In this document: positions 8,383-18,004 of the stretch, one piece after another | Layout of the letters: each line of letters begins with the position of its first letter | Position numbering within the stretch: the stretch's first letter is position 1 | Assembly (NCBI GenBank): GCA_958295935.1 | Contig: OY282385.1 | Location: forward strand, 1,961,545-2,025,544 | Direction of reading: 5' to 3' | Origin: an uncultured Dehalococcoidia bacterium | Lineage (GTDB): Bacteria; Chloroflexota; Dehalococcoidia; Lucifugimonadales; Lucifugimonadaceae | Length of the DNA stretch: 64,000 nucleotides | Notes under the pieces: generated by a model | Told to the model about the DNA's origin: nothing | Seen by the model: the letters and a program-made list of their open reading frames with translations, nothing else | Database searches by the model: none | Made by a program: the position numbers and the translations under genes

Positions 8383-9696
8383 TTGTCCAGGAAAAACGCA
8401 TACTTCTTGAGCGGTCTGGCCATGGCGGTGGTGGCCGTCGCTGTGGCTATGGGGTGTTCGTCCGAGCAGTCCGGAAGTCAGGACAGGCCGGTTCAGGCCG
8501 TCCGGACCATCGGCCAGGCTGAAACTCCCGTCCCATCCCCTGAACAGTCTGTACAAGCGACTTCGCCCCCGTTGTCGTCCGCGACTCCATCCTCAAAATC
8601 GGATCCAACGCCCAGGCCATCGGTCCTGCCCACCCAGCCGTCGTCCGCAACTCCATCCCTGAAACCGGATCCAACGGCCAGGTCATCGGCCCTACTCACC
8701 CCGTCGCCATCTGCGACTCCATCCCCGAAACCGGATCCAACGCCCGAGCGGGAGTACGAGATCGTCACACTTCTACCGTTCGACGCCATACCAGCCATAT
8801 CCAATCCGATCCTCATGTCCGCAGAAGAGGCGGAGGAGTTATACGATTCTGACGAATTGGTGCTTGGAGTAGAGATCGATGATGACGCCCGGGCCTATTC
8901 GGTGCCGCTGCTCAGCAGGCACGAAATAGTAAACGACGTCGTTGGGGGCAAGCCGGTAGCGGTCACTTGGTGACCCCTATGCTTCACTGGAGTCGGGTAC
9001 TCCAGAGAACTGAACGGCCAGACCCTCGACTTTGGCGTTTCGGGCAAGCTCATCATGAACGCGCTCGTGATGTTCGACCGCGAAACCGGCACACTGTGGA
9101 GCCATTTTCTATCAAAGGCGATTTCAGGACCGCTCAAGGGGACGCGGCTCGAAAACATACCCGTTACGCTTACGACCTGGAGCAAATGGCTAGAGGAATA
9201 TCCGAACACCCTGGCCTTGGAGAAAGGCTTTTCAGGATCTAGCGACCCTTATACACGTTACTATCGGAGCAGCGATCCGGGGGTTATTGGCGAACTGCAC
9301 GAGGACGAGCGGCTGGAACCCAAGCAACTTGTGCTTGGCGTAGGGTTCGGAGACGGACCAAAGGCCTATTCCCACAAAGCTCTTGAACGGCAACGCGTGG
9401 TGAATGACGTTGTGACCGGGAAACCCGCGCTCGTCTATTTCGATCCGCAGACCGGCACGGCGCTCGCCTTCCACCGCGTCGTAGACGGACGGGAGCTGTC
9501 CTTCGATCTGCTGGAAGATGAGGATGGGACCTACGTCGTGGACGACCAGACGGGAACCAGATGGGCGCCATATACCGGTCAGGCATTACAAGGAGAACTG
9601 GCAGGTAGGGCAATGCAAAGGGTGCACTCGGTGAACGTGTTCTGGTTTGCCTGGACCGACTTCTTTCCTGAAACCGAGATCTACGCCGCACCCTGA
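8383..9696 (+). CDS. DUF3179-family lipoprotein interrupted by an in-frame TGA at 8971-8973. It is either a selenoprotein (Sec) candidate or a pseudogene.
   Basis: The signal/lipobox is ...AVVAVAVAMGCSS, followed by Pro/Ser/Thr tandem repeats. The DUF3179 signature then reads ...HEIVNDVVGGKPVAVTW[TGA]PLCFTGVGYSRELNGQTLDFGVSGKLIMNALVMFDRETGTLWSHF. Track ORFs 8317-8973 and 9055-9696 are the same frame split by the TGA, which falls exactly at the Cys of the family CPLC motif. The TTG 8383 start follows GGGAGA; ATG 8317 is the alternative. Confidence 0.55.
8572..8755 (+). repeat. About 63-nt imperfect tandem repeats (about 3 copies) encoding the Pro/Ser/Thr linker of the DUF3179 protein.
   Basis: The repeat units are tcgtccgcgactccatcctcaaaatcggatccaacgcccaggcc... 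/ tcgtccgcaactccatccctgaaaccggatccaacggccaggtc... / tcgccatctgcgactccatccccgaaaccggatccaacgcccgag. Confidence 0.5.
8987..9005 (+). other. Hairpin 13 nt downstream of the in-frame TGA (CTGGAGT-cgggu-ACTCCAG), a possible bacterial SECIS element.
   Basis: There is a perfect 7-bp inverted repeat with a 5-nt G/U-containing loop. Its position, 13 nt after the UGA, is compatible with bacterial SECIS geometry. Confidence 0.3.
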
Positions 9697-9956
9697 AGAG
9701 GCTCCTGAATGACCGGCGCGACGTGGGCGCTTGCATACCATTTTCCACTAGACTCGTACACGTCGACCCTCGACAACCACGTCGTCAAGTAGCATCCTCA
9801 AGGCTTGGCGCCGCTGTTGCGGCGCCTATCCAACGGCGAGGAACCATCGCGCCAAATATAGCCGAGCGGAAAATCATGCGCGCCTCTCCGCAGCGGCGGA
9901 GGGCGGAAGCAAACGGCTGCCCCGAACCACGTCACCGGCGGAGAAGTGTCTGAACC

Positions 9957-10931
9957 ATGAATCCGGCACAACGCCAGAGTGTCAGATCCGTAGACTCGCG
10001 CGAACTGGCCGCCAGGCTGAAGCTCAACCACGTACTCGTGCCCCTCGATGGGTTTCAGGGCGCGGAGTTCGGACTCGCGTTCGCAGGCATATTCGCGCAA
10101 TACTTCGATTCCAGCCTGCTGCTCTTCCACGTGCTGCCGCCGGCTGAACCCGTCCACCAGGTGCATGGCACAGCAGTCAGATACCCATACGCCCTGCGGG
10201 ACAGAGGCGCCAACCTCGCCAACTCCTATCTGAAGGAGGTTGCATCCAGACTTGCCCCCCACGGCATCGATGCACAATGGAGCGTCGCCACGGGAAACAC
10301 CGCGGACCTGATCGGTATGCGGGCCGTTACCGGCGGATTTGGCCTGATCGTGCTAGCCGTCAACCCCCCTGGTACGGTGATCAAGAAAGCCAGACGCACG
10401 CCCGCAATCGAACTGTGGGAAAAGACGGCCGTTCCTGTCTTGATCGTTGATGCGCGCAGGCTCTACCTGAACGGCTCTCCTCCGGAACGCCCAACGCGGC
10501 TGCTCGTACCCAGACATGCCAAGGACTCCGGCCGTGAATCGATCGACGTGGCCGAGGCCATTGCCTCAGGCACGGGCGCCTCGATCTCGCTCATTTGCTC
10601 GCGTCCGCCCCGCGGTGAACTGCCGCCGCACATCGAGCGAGAGGCCGCCCGGATGCGCAACGACGGAATCGACGCAGAGGCTCACCTCTCCTATGAGCCC
10701 ATAATGCCCTTGCTCGACGGGCTGCCTGCCGAAAATCCCGGCTCCTGGATAGTCATAACTTCACGGATGCGCTCCTGGATTGCCCGCACACTCAAGGGAA
10801 GCGTGGCTGATCAGGTGGTGAGGCACGCCAGCGCCCCGGTACTGGCCATCCCCGCGCAGGACGTTGCACGCAGGCGCGCAGATAAACTCCGGGCCCTAAC
10901 GCCCCCTACCCCGAGCCTGCGGTCTCGTTGA
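9957..10931 (+). CDS. Universal stress protein, tandem UspA domains.
   Basis: Two Usp-like halves are present. The C-terminal half carries ...GSVADQVVRHASAPVLAIP, which is typical of UspA. Confidence 0.65.
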   Translation: MNPAQRQSVRSVDSRELAARLKLNHVLVPLDGFQGAEFGLAFAGIFAQYFDSSLLLFHVLPPAEPVHQVHGTAVRYPYALRDRGANLANSYLKEVASRLAPHGIDAQWSVATGNTADLIGMRAVTGGFGLIVLAVNPPGTVIKKARRTPAIELWEKTAVPVLIVDARRLYLNGSPPERPTRLLVPRHAKDSGRESIDVAEAIASGTGASISLICSRPPRGELPPHIEREAARMRNDGIDAEAHLSYEPIMPLLDGLPAENPGSWIVITSRMRSWIARTLKGSVADQVVRHASAPVLAIPAQDVARRRADKLRALTPPTPSLRSR

Positions 10932-11204
10932 ATCGAAGACCCCTGCGGCCGATTGAAGACCGCGTGCGGGGATCAAAAGACACCCGTAGTTCTCTCCGTC
11001 TCCCAAGCCTGCCCCCTGAAGCCACCAGTCCCCTGGTTAGCGGTAACTGCCTCGGGTCCGCGACGAGCGCCCCACTTGGGAGGCGCTCATGACCCTCGCC
11101 CGCTCAGAACGCTGTCTCGGTGTGATGACAGCCGCCCTCGCCGGCGTCACCCGTCTCTCCTCCGTGTCTGTTCTCGTGAAACACTCTGGAAAGCGAGAGG
11201 AAGA

Positions 11205-12962
11205 TCACTCGGGAAATAAAGTCACCACACTAGCTATGCGAGTGTAGTTTTCGTCGCTGCCGGAGGTTAACGCCACCGCTCCGAAAGTATCAGCCAGGAA
11301 TAGGTACAATAGGTTGCCGGTCTCACTTTCGGCGGATATCTGCTCTAAGATGTTGTTTAGGTCCAAATAGAATAATATTTGCCGGCTTTCTGGCAGGTGT
11401 TGAACCGCACGCCGATATTCAGGCTCCGAGTCCAGCGTAGGACCTTCGCCATTCTGCGCTCCTACTATGCTCTCTATCACCTCTGACGTGCTGCCCATAG
11501 TCAGATATCCGTCGTGCACAACGTAGCCTGGGTCATACTGTGAACCGGGTATCTCGTAAATCCGTGCCTCACCTTCCGAGCCTACGTCAACCAGTTCAGG
11601 ATTCACACCCACCAGACTTACGAGCGTTTCAATAGTCTGTCCGATTTCGTCTGCACCGCTTTCACTGACTGACAGCATACCGAACCCGCCGATAGGGTTG
11701 GCGTCCACGCCTTCCATGAAACTAGCCAGCACCGATTCCTGCACTCCCAGGATCACCGTTCCTGTGAGATGGTCAAATATATCCTCTTCAAGGTCGACGC
11801 CGAGAATACCTTCCGCGAGTGACAATCCGACGTCCAAGAAATCGGCCAAAGGCGAGTCCACGGTGAGACTCTCTCCGGAATCCAGACCCAGACCCGGCAA
11901 TAGATCCATCATGTCATCGAAACTTTGTTCAAGGTCACTCCCTTCGAGTATTTCTGCGAGGGTGTATTCGTTCAGGACGCTCCGCCAGTTGTCGACGTCA
12001 GGATCGAAGGTAGCAGCCATGAAGCCGAGGGTGTCTCTTGGAAGCTCGGAGGCGGGGTCTTCCAAATCAGGCGCCTCGAAACCGAGTTCGGGCAATATCG
12101 GCGACAGCCATTCCAACACTATTCCTCGATCAACCCAGGTCGCCGAAGCCGCTACCCACGTCGGTACCGATGCGGGCGCATCTATGGCGTTGGCTCCGAA
12201 CAGGTTGGAGGTGTTCGACAGTAGCGGCCAAAATTCCACTAGCGTATCGACATTCACGTAGATGGAGGCGAACCGGCCCCCGGGCATTGCGTCGCGGGCA
12301 TCGACAAACGAGTCGCTGTTGGCCAGAGACGGTTCGTCGTCACCGGCGATGCGCGCCAACATGCCGTGCAGAGCATCCTTGGCAGTGGCCAGAATTATCC
12401 GGTCGTCTGTTAACGCTAAACCAAATTCGCCGTCGCCCTCCATCCAGGTGTCAAAGCCATTGAAAGAGCCGGCAGCAAGATCTATATCGTGCTCTTGGCG
12501 AAGGATGGTGATCCACCGGGCCAGGAAATCTGCTGCGGCGTCTTTGTCGCGTACCCCAACCGTGCTTACTCCCGTAGGCGCCTCGGAATCCTCATTCCAG
12601 TAGAGCCCCATTGAATACTGGAATCCGATCCACGGTGACACGTCCTCTCTGAAGTCGATGCTCGTGCTTTCGAAGAGATCTGATTCAAGGCCGTCTATAA
12701 AGTCGATAAATAGTTCCGACTCATTGAAACGGTCCCAAATCACTTGCAAATTTCTCGCATTGCGGCTCGTAGGCTTCAAGTCCATAGATACGTATACGGC
12801 AGTATCTTGAGGATAGTATTGCGCTGAATGGTCAGGCCGCGCGGCCCTGAACAACGCAGCCAATTGACCCAGTGGAACGTCGGAAACGAGGGCGGCAACA
12901 CCGACTGACAGCCCAATGATGACGACCCACCCTGCAAACAATATGATTATTTTTCGACGCAT
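11205..12962 (-). CDS. Hypothetical N-terminally membrane-anchored protein, 585 aa, acidic (possibly DUF3352-like).
   Basis: An N-terminal TM helix (MRRKIIILFAGWVVIIGLSVGVAALV) is followed by a long soluble domain with no recognisable catalytic motif. Confidence 0.45.
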   Translation of the reverse strand: MRRKIIILFAGWVVIIGLSVGVAALVSDVPLGQLAALFRAARPDHSAQYYPQDTAVYVSMDLKPTSRNARNLQVIWDRFNESELFIDFIDGLESDLFESTSIDFREDVSPWIGFQYSMGLYWNEDSEAPTGVSTVGVRDKDAAADFLARWITILRQEHDIDLAAGSFNGFDTWMEGDGEFGLALTDDRIILATAKDALHGMLARIAGDDEPSLANSDSFVDARDAMPGGRFASIYVNVDTLVEFWPLLSNTSNLFGANAIDAPASVPTWVAASATWVDRGIVLEWLSPILPELGFEAPDLEDPASELPRDTLGFMAATFDPDVDNWRSVLNEYTLAEILEGSDLEQSFDDMMDLLPGLGLDSGESLTVDSPLADFLDVGLSLAEGILGVDLEEDIFDHLTGTVILGVQESVLASFMEGVDANPIGGFGMLSVSESGADEIGQTIETLVSLVGVNPELVDVGSEGEARIYEIPGSQYDPGYVVHDGYLTMGSTSEVIESIVGAQNGEGPTLDSEPEYRRAVQHLPESRQILFYLDLNNILEQISAESETGNLLYLFLADTFGAVALTSGSDENYTRIASVVTLFPE

Positions 12963-13195
12963 GTAAAACCTTCGTATCTTGAGCTGCCAGAGCTTACGAT
13001 CTCATCCTCTGCTAGCATATCATGCTCGGTTCCGGTGGGGATACTTCAGCAAGCGGACGCGGTTATCCTGCACGCGGCCTGACGGCTTGGAAACGTTCCT
13101 GGCGATGCGTCAAGAGCGGCTGCCAAAGACTGGCTATAATCGGGGCCATGTCCGGCTGAAAGGACGCCGGGCCGACGCACAGGCAAGGGAACTCA

Positions 13196-16009
13196 ATGCC
13201 CTCGACACGAGATGAAAAACCGCTCCTCCTGGTCATGGACGGCCACGCTATGGTATTCAGGGCGTGGTTCTCCATACCTGAAAGGCTGAGCACTTCCGCC
13301 GGTCAGGACACTCGCGGCGCGTACGGTTTCCTCAACACGTTCCTAAAGGTTCTGCGAGACCACCGCCCCACTCACGTCGCGCTGGCCCTGGACACCCGCG
13401 CGCCAACTTTCAGGGATGAGATATTTCCGCAGTACAAGGCCCAGCGCCCGCCCGCCCCTGAGGAGCTCCACGAGCAGATCCCGATAGTAAAGAAGATCAT
13501 GGGCGCCTTTGGGATCCCCGTGCTGGAAAAGGACGGTTTCGAGGCCGACGATATCATCGGCACCCTATGCGCCAAGGCGGAGAACGAAGGTCTGGACACG
13601 CTGATCGTCACGGGTGACGCCGACCAACTCCAACTCGTATCGCCCGACGTAAGGCTTCTCATGTACACCGGATTTGGAGATACGCGCGTCTACGACGTGC
13701 CTGGCGTGATGGAACGCTACGGGGGCCTGGGGCCTGAATACGTCCCCGACATAAAAGCGCTGGAGGGAGACCCCTCAGACAACATCCCGGGCGTGCCGGG
13801 CGTGGGCAAGAAGGCGGCGCACGCGGTGCTGTCCAACTTCGGAAGACTGGAACAGGTGTACGAGCAACTCGATCAAGTACCTGAAATCAAAGGGCTGCGC
13901 GGGGCCAAGCGCGTTCGAAACCTGCTTGAAGAGCACCGGCAGACGGCATTCGACGGTAAGAAGCTGACCACCATAGTCAGGGACGTGCCCGTAAGCTTCG
14001 AGTTCAGGGACGCCGAGTTCTGGAAATACGACCGCAACGAGGTGGTCGAGACTCTACTCAGCCTCGAATTCCGCACGATCATTCGCAACGTACCGGATCC
14101 GTCCGGGCCGTTCGACAAGGACAGCACCGCTCAACTCCAGTTTGGCGATGCCCCGGTCGCTGAAGAGACCGCTCAGCCGCCCAAAAGACCGGCTGATACC
14201 TGCTACCGCACGGTAACGACGTTGGACGACCTGAGGGGCATGGTCTCCGAACTCTCAACACCCGCCGGTTTCGCGTTCGATACGGAGACTACCGGCAAGG
14301 ACCCAATGCTCTCCGACCTCGTCGGCCTGTCGTTCTCTAACAGCGCGGGAAAGGCCTGGTACGTGCCTGTGGGCCACAACGAAGGGAAGCAGGCGCCTAT
14401 AGAGCAGGCTCTGTCCATATTGAGGCCCCTGTTCGAGGATGAATCGATACCCAAAACGGCTCACAACGCCAACTACGACCTGATGGTTGTCGAAGAAGCC
14501 GGCATCAACATACGAGGTGTCGACTTTGACACCATGATCGCAGCCGCGCTCACCGGTCGCAGGGCCGTGGGCCTGAAGCAGTTGGCGCTGGACGTCCTCC
14601 ACGTGGAAATGACCCCCATCACCGACCTGATAGGAACCGGCCGCAAGCAGGTGACCATGGCGCAGACGCCTGTGGAGAAGGCGTCTGAATACGCATCAGC
14701 CGATGCCGACATGACCTGGAGGCTGCGCGATCACCTCGCGCCGGAAATCGAGTCGGAACGGCAACGGAGCGTGATGGACGAGATCGAGATGCGGCTCCTT
14801 CCTGTCATCGTGCGAATGCAACGTAACGGGATCCTCGTAGACAGACCGATTTTGGAGGAGATGTCCGAGGAACTGGGAGGCGAGCTAACCTCAATCGAAA
14901 ACCACGCCCGTAACGAAGTGATGGCGGGCAGGGAGTTCAACCTGAACTCCAATCGCCAACTCGCGGAGATACTGATCGACGAATTGGGGGCTCCCAAGAC
15001 GCGTCGCACCAAGACGGGATACTCCATGGACGCAAACGCCCTCGAAGGCATGCTGCAAAAGGAGGACCTCGACCTCCGCGCCTATGAGTTGATCAGGGAC
15101 GTACTGCGTTACAGGGAACTGTCCAAGCTAAAGTCCACGTACGTTGATGCCTTGCCGCAACTGGTCAACCCGCGCACTGGCCGAGTGCACACCTCCTTCA
15201 ACCAGGTCGGCTCGGCAACCGGGCGCCTGTCGAGCACCGAGCCCAACGTGCAGAACATACCCGTGCGAACGGAGTTGGGCCGCCGGGTGCGTTCGGCCTT
15301 CGTCGCCGACCGGCAAAACGGGTGGACGTTGATGGCGGTTGACTACTCTCAAGTCGAGCTTCGAATACTCGCACACATGTCCCAGGAGCCTGGCCTGCTC
15401 GCTGCGTTCCGGGGCGGCGAGGACATACATGACGCCACGGCCCGCGCCATGTACGGAGTGGATGAGGTGACCTCAGAGCAGCGGCGCATCGCCAAGATAC
15501 TGAACTTCGGAGTGATTTACGGCCTCGGCGCGCATGGTGTAGCGATGCAGACAGACTTGACACGGGCGCAGGGGCAGAAGTTCATTGGGCTTTACTTTGG
15601 CAAGTACCCAGGCATCCGGGACTACGTGGATACGATGAAGGAAGACGCCCGCCGCAAGGGTTACGCCGAAACGCTCTCCGGCAGGCGGCGCAAGCTGCCG
15701 GAAATCAACTCCCGTCACCGGGTACATAGGGCTGCCGCGGAGCGAATGGCTATCAACATGCCGATTCAGGGTACCGCGGCTGACATAGCCAAGATAGCAA
15801 TGATCAATATCGACGCCGAAATGTCAGAGCGCAGGCTGCGCTCGCGTATGCTGATACAGGTGCACGATGAGCTGATCTTCGAGGTGGCGCCCGAGGAAAT
15901 GGATGAAATGGCCGGGTTGGTGACGGAGTTGATGCCCGCGGCTATGGAGTTGTCCGTGCCGCTGAACGTGGAGATCAAGACCGGAGACACCTGGGGCGAC
16001 GTGGAGTAG
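13196..16009 (+). CDS. polA: DNA polymerase I.
   Basis: The 937-aa protein has a 5'-3' exonuclease N-terminus (LLLVMDGHAMVFRAWF), a 3'-5' exonuclease domain (FAFDTETTG) and a family A polymerase domain (DYSQVELRILAH, QVHDELIFE). ATG 13196 follows AAGGGA. Confidence 0.9.
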   Translation: MPSTRDEKPLLLVMDGHAMVFRAWFSIPERLSTSAGQDTRGAYGFLNTFLKVLRDHRPTHVALALDTRAPTFRDEIFPQYKAQRPPAPEELHEQIPIVKKIMGAFGIPVLEKDGFEADDIIGTLCAKAENEGLDTLIVTGDADQLQLVSPDVRLLMYTGFGDTRVYDVPGVMERYGGLGPEYVPDIKALEGDPSDNIPGVPGVGKKAAHAVLSNFGRLEQVYEQLDQVPEIKGLRGAKRVRNLLEEHRQTAFDGKKLTTIVRDVPVSFEFRDAEFWKYDRNEVVETLLSLEFRTIIRNVPDPSGPFDKDSTAQLQFGDAPVAEETAQPPKRPADTCYRTVTTLDDLRGMVSELSTPAGFAFDTETTGKDPMLSDLVGLSFSNSAGKAWYVPVGHNEGKQAPIEQALSILRPLFEDESIPKTAHNANYDLMVVEEAGINIRGVDFDTMIAAALTGRRAVGLKQLALDVLHVEMTPITDLIGTGRKQVTMAQTPVEKASEYASADADMTWRLRDHLAPEIESERQRSVMDEIEMRLLPVIVRMQRNGILVDRPILEEMSEELGGELTSIENHARNEVMAGREFNLNSNRQLAEILIDELGAPKTRRTKTGYSMDANALEGMLQKEDLDLRAYELIRDVLRYRELSKLKSTYVDALPQLVNPRTGRVHTSFNQVGSATGRLSSTEPNVQNIPVRTELGRRVRSAFVADRQNGWTLMAVDYSQVELRILAHMSQEPGLLAAFRGGEDIHDATARAMYGVDEVTSEQRRIAKILNFGVIYGLGAHGVAMQTDLTRAQGQKFIGLYFGKYPGIRDYVDTMKEDARRKGYAETLSGRRRKLPEINSRHRVHRAAAERMAINMPIQGTAADIAKIAMINIDAEMSERRLRSRMLIQVHDELIFEVAPEEMDEMAGLVTELMPAAMELSVPLNVEIKTGDTWGDVE

Positions 16010-16047
16010 CCCTTCATAGCAGGCGAAAACTCGGGAGAATCGCGCCG

Positions 16048-16857
16048 GTGCCTGAATTGCCTGAGATTGAAGCCCTGCGCCGATACCTGGTGACTGCCAG
16101 AGTGCCCGGGCGGGTCATAACCAGGGTCCGGGCCGACTGGCCGGGAGTCGAAAGCACAGTCGATGGCATGGCCGGTCTATCGAATCTGCCGGGCAGGCGC
16201 ATCGAATCGATCCAGCGGCAGGGCAAGCATCTGATACTGTCGCTCGACCGCGGTACTCTTGGACTGCACATGGGTATGACGGGCCGGCTTGTCGTAATGG
16301 ATCCCGGCGACGAGCCCCTCAGATACACGCGTTATACGTTCCACTTCGACGATGAGCGGCGCGTGGAACTGGACGACGTGCGCCGTTGGGCGACCGCGCG
16401 GCTTGTGGAGTCGGCGGAGAACCTCACCCGCAATCTTGGGCCGGACGCACTCGACCCCGGCCTCACTGCCCGGAAGTTTGCGACACTCATCCGGGGCCGC
16501 AAGTCCGTCATCAAGACTCTGCTCATGGATCAATCGGTCTTTGCCGGTGTCGGTAACATATATGCCGACGAGGCGCTGCACCGGGCGGGCATATCGCCAG
16601 CCCGCAGATCGAACCGGATATCGACGACCAGCCTGGAAAGGCTGTACCGAGCCATGGTCGAGACCCTGGAGGGCGCAATCGACTTCATTGAAAATCATCC
16701 CGACGAGCGTGCCAGCCCCTACGTCGTAAACGCGTACGATGAACGTATACGGCTGCCCAGAAAGAACGGGGCGCCGTGCCCGGACTGCCGCGGCCCGATC
16801 AGGTCTCGCAAGTTCGGCAATCGCACGGCCTACTACTGCACCGGGTGCCAGAGTTGA
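16048..16857 (+). CDS. mutM: Formamidopyrimidine-DNA glycosylase.
   Basis: A GTG start gives MPELPEIEALRR (the classic Fpg N-terminal Pro-Glu), and the C-terminus has a zinc finger (CPDCRGP...YYCTGCQ). It lies immediately downstream of polA. Confidence 0.85.
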   Translation: MPELPEIEALRRYLVTARVPGRVITRVRADWPGVESTVDGMAGLSNLPGRRIESIQRQGKHLILSLDRGTLGLHMGMTGRLVVMDPGDEPLRYTRYTFHFDDERRVELDDVRRWATARLVESAENLTRNLGPDALDPGLTARKFATLIRGRKSVIKTLLMDQSVFAGVGNIYADEALHRAGISPARRSNRISTTSLERLYRAMVETLEGAIDFIENHPDERASPYVVNAYDERIRLPRKNGAPCPDCRGPIRSRKFGNRTAYYCTGCQS

Positions 16858-16916
16858 CGGAGGCTCAGCGCACGCAACAACATCTGGCAGACGGCCAGTT
16901 GACTTGAGGAACGAGA

Positions 16917-17372
16917 ATGCAGAGCGATGCGACGACCGTAGAGGAATACCTGTCTGAACTTGATCCCGGCAGGCGAGAGACCATCTCCGCCGTGCGCAGA
17001 GTCATCCTCGATAACCTGCCGACCGGCTACGAGGAGTTGATGCAATACGGGATGATCTCGTACGTCGTGCCGCTGAGCGTGCTGTCAAACACCTATAACG
17101 GGCAGCCGCTCATGTACGCGGCCTTGGCTTCACAGAAGCGGCACACGTCCCTATACCTGACTAACGTGTACGGAGACGAATCAACGGAAAGATGGTTCAG
17201 GGAGCGCTATCTCGCGACCGGCAAGAGGTTGGACATGGGCAAGTCTTGCGTGCGCTTCAGGAAGCTTGACGACCTGCCGCTCAGCCTGGTGGGGGAGGTC
17301 ATAGCCAGGACGCCGATCGCTCAGTTTGTCGAGGTCTACCATGCCTCCCGGTCAGGCCGCGGGCGCAAGTAG
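16917..17372 (+). CDS. DUF1801-domain protein.
   Basis: MQSDATTVEEYLSELDPGRRETISAVRRVILDNLP...YGM fits the DUF1801 pattern. Confidence 0.55.
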   Translation: MQSDATTVEEYLSELDPGRRETISAVRRVILDNLPTGYEELMQYGMISYVVPLSVLSNTYNGQPLMYAALASQKRHTSLYLTNVYGDESTERWFRERYLATGKRLDMGKSCVRFRKLDDLPLSLVGEVIARTPIAQFVEVYHASRSGRGRK

Positions 17373-17508
17373 ATAATCACTCCGCGGGTGTTGCACAGTA
17401 TCTATCCCGCTGCTTCAAGCTAAGGACCCCCACAATAAGTCTGTCGGTCGCGACCAACAACGCAGGCCCAGGCCTGAACCGGACGAGGTTATAGGTACTC
17501 CATCCCGG

Positions 17509-17970
17509 TCACGCCTGGTCCTCGGCGCGGACGATGTGGTACTCGGTGGGCTCGTCCAGCATGCGTTGCAGCACCGTGTCCGACAGGTTCTTCAGGTAGA
17601 TGACGCTCGCCCATGCTGCGCTCAAGTCGGAAAGGATCCGGCTCAGTTTCATTGGCCGGTTGTTGTTGGCCAGCAGCAACCGGAATACCGCTTCTGTAAT
17701 AGGGGTGCCGGGCATCAGATAGTCGGCCTCCTTCTTGCAGTTGGACGTGATCCGCTTCATCAGGTCCGACGGGGTGCGCCAAGCTACGGGCTTTTCGTCC
17801 GAGTCTGACTGACAAGCCGCGCAGTGCCCACAAAGCCTGGTAGAGACCGCGTAGGAAAAAGACTTGCCTGAGCGTTCAAAAGCCTTCACGTCGATCACGT
17901 AGGCAGTTTCGAGGTCGGCCTCCTCGTTTTCAAAATCTGCCTGGGTTCTCGAGTGGAGAGAGTTGACCAT
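17509..17970 (-). CDS. Hypothetical protein, 153 aa.
   Basis: A complete ORF lies in the same orientation directly downstream of moeA. It contains CGHCAAC and I do not recognise any family. Confidence 0.35.
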   Translation of the reverse strand: MVNSLHSRTQADFENEEADLETAYVIDVKAFERSGKSFSYAVSTRLCGHCAACQSDSDEKPVAWRTPSDLMKRITSNCKKEADYLMPGTPITEAVFRLLLANNNRPMKLSRILSDLSAAWASVIYLKNLSDTVLQRMLDEPTEYHIVRAEDQA

Positions 17971-18004
17971 CAGAGTGACGCCATCCTTTTCGATAGGTGA
18001 TTTG

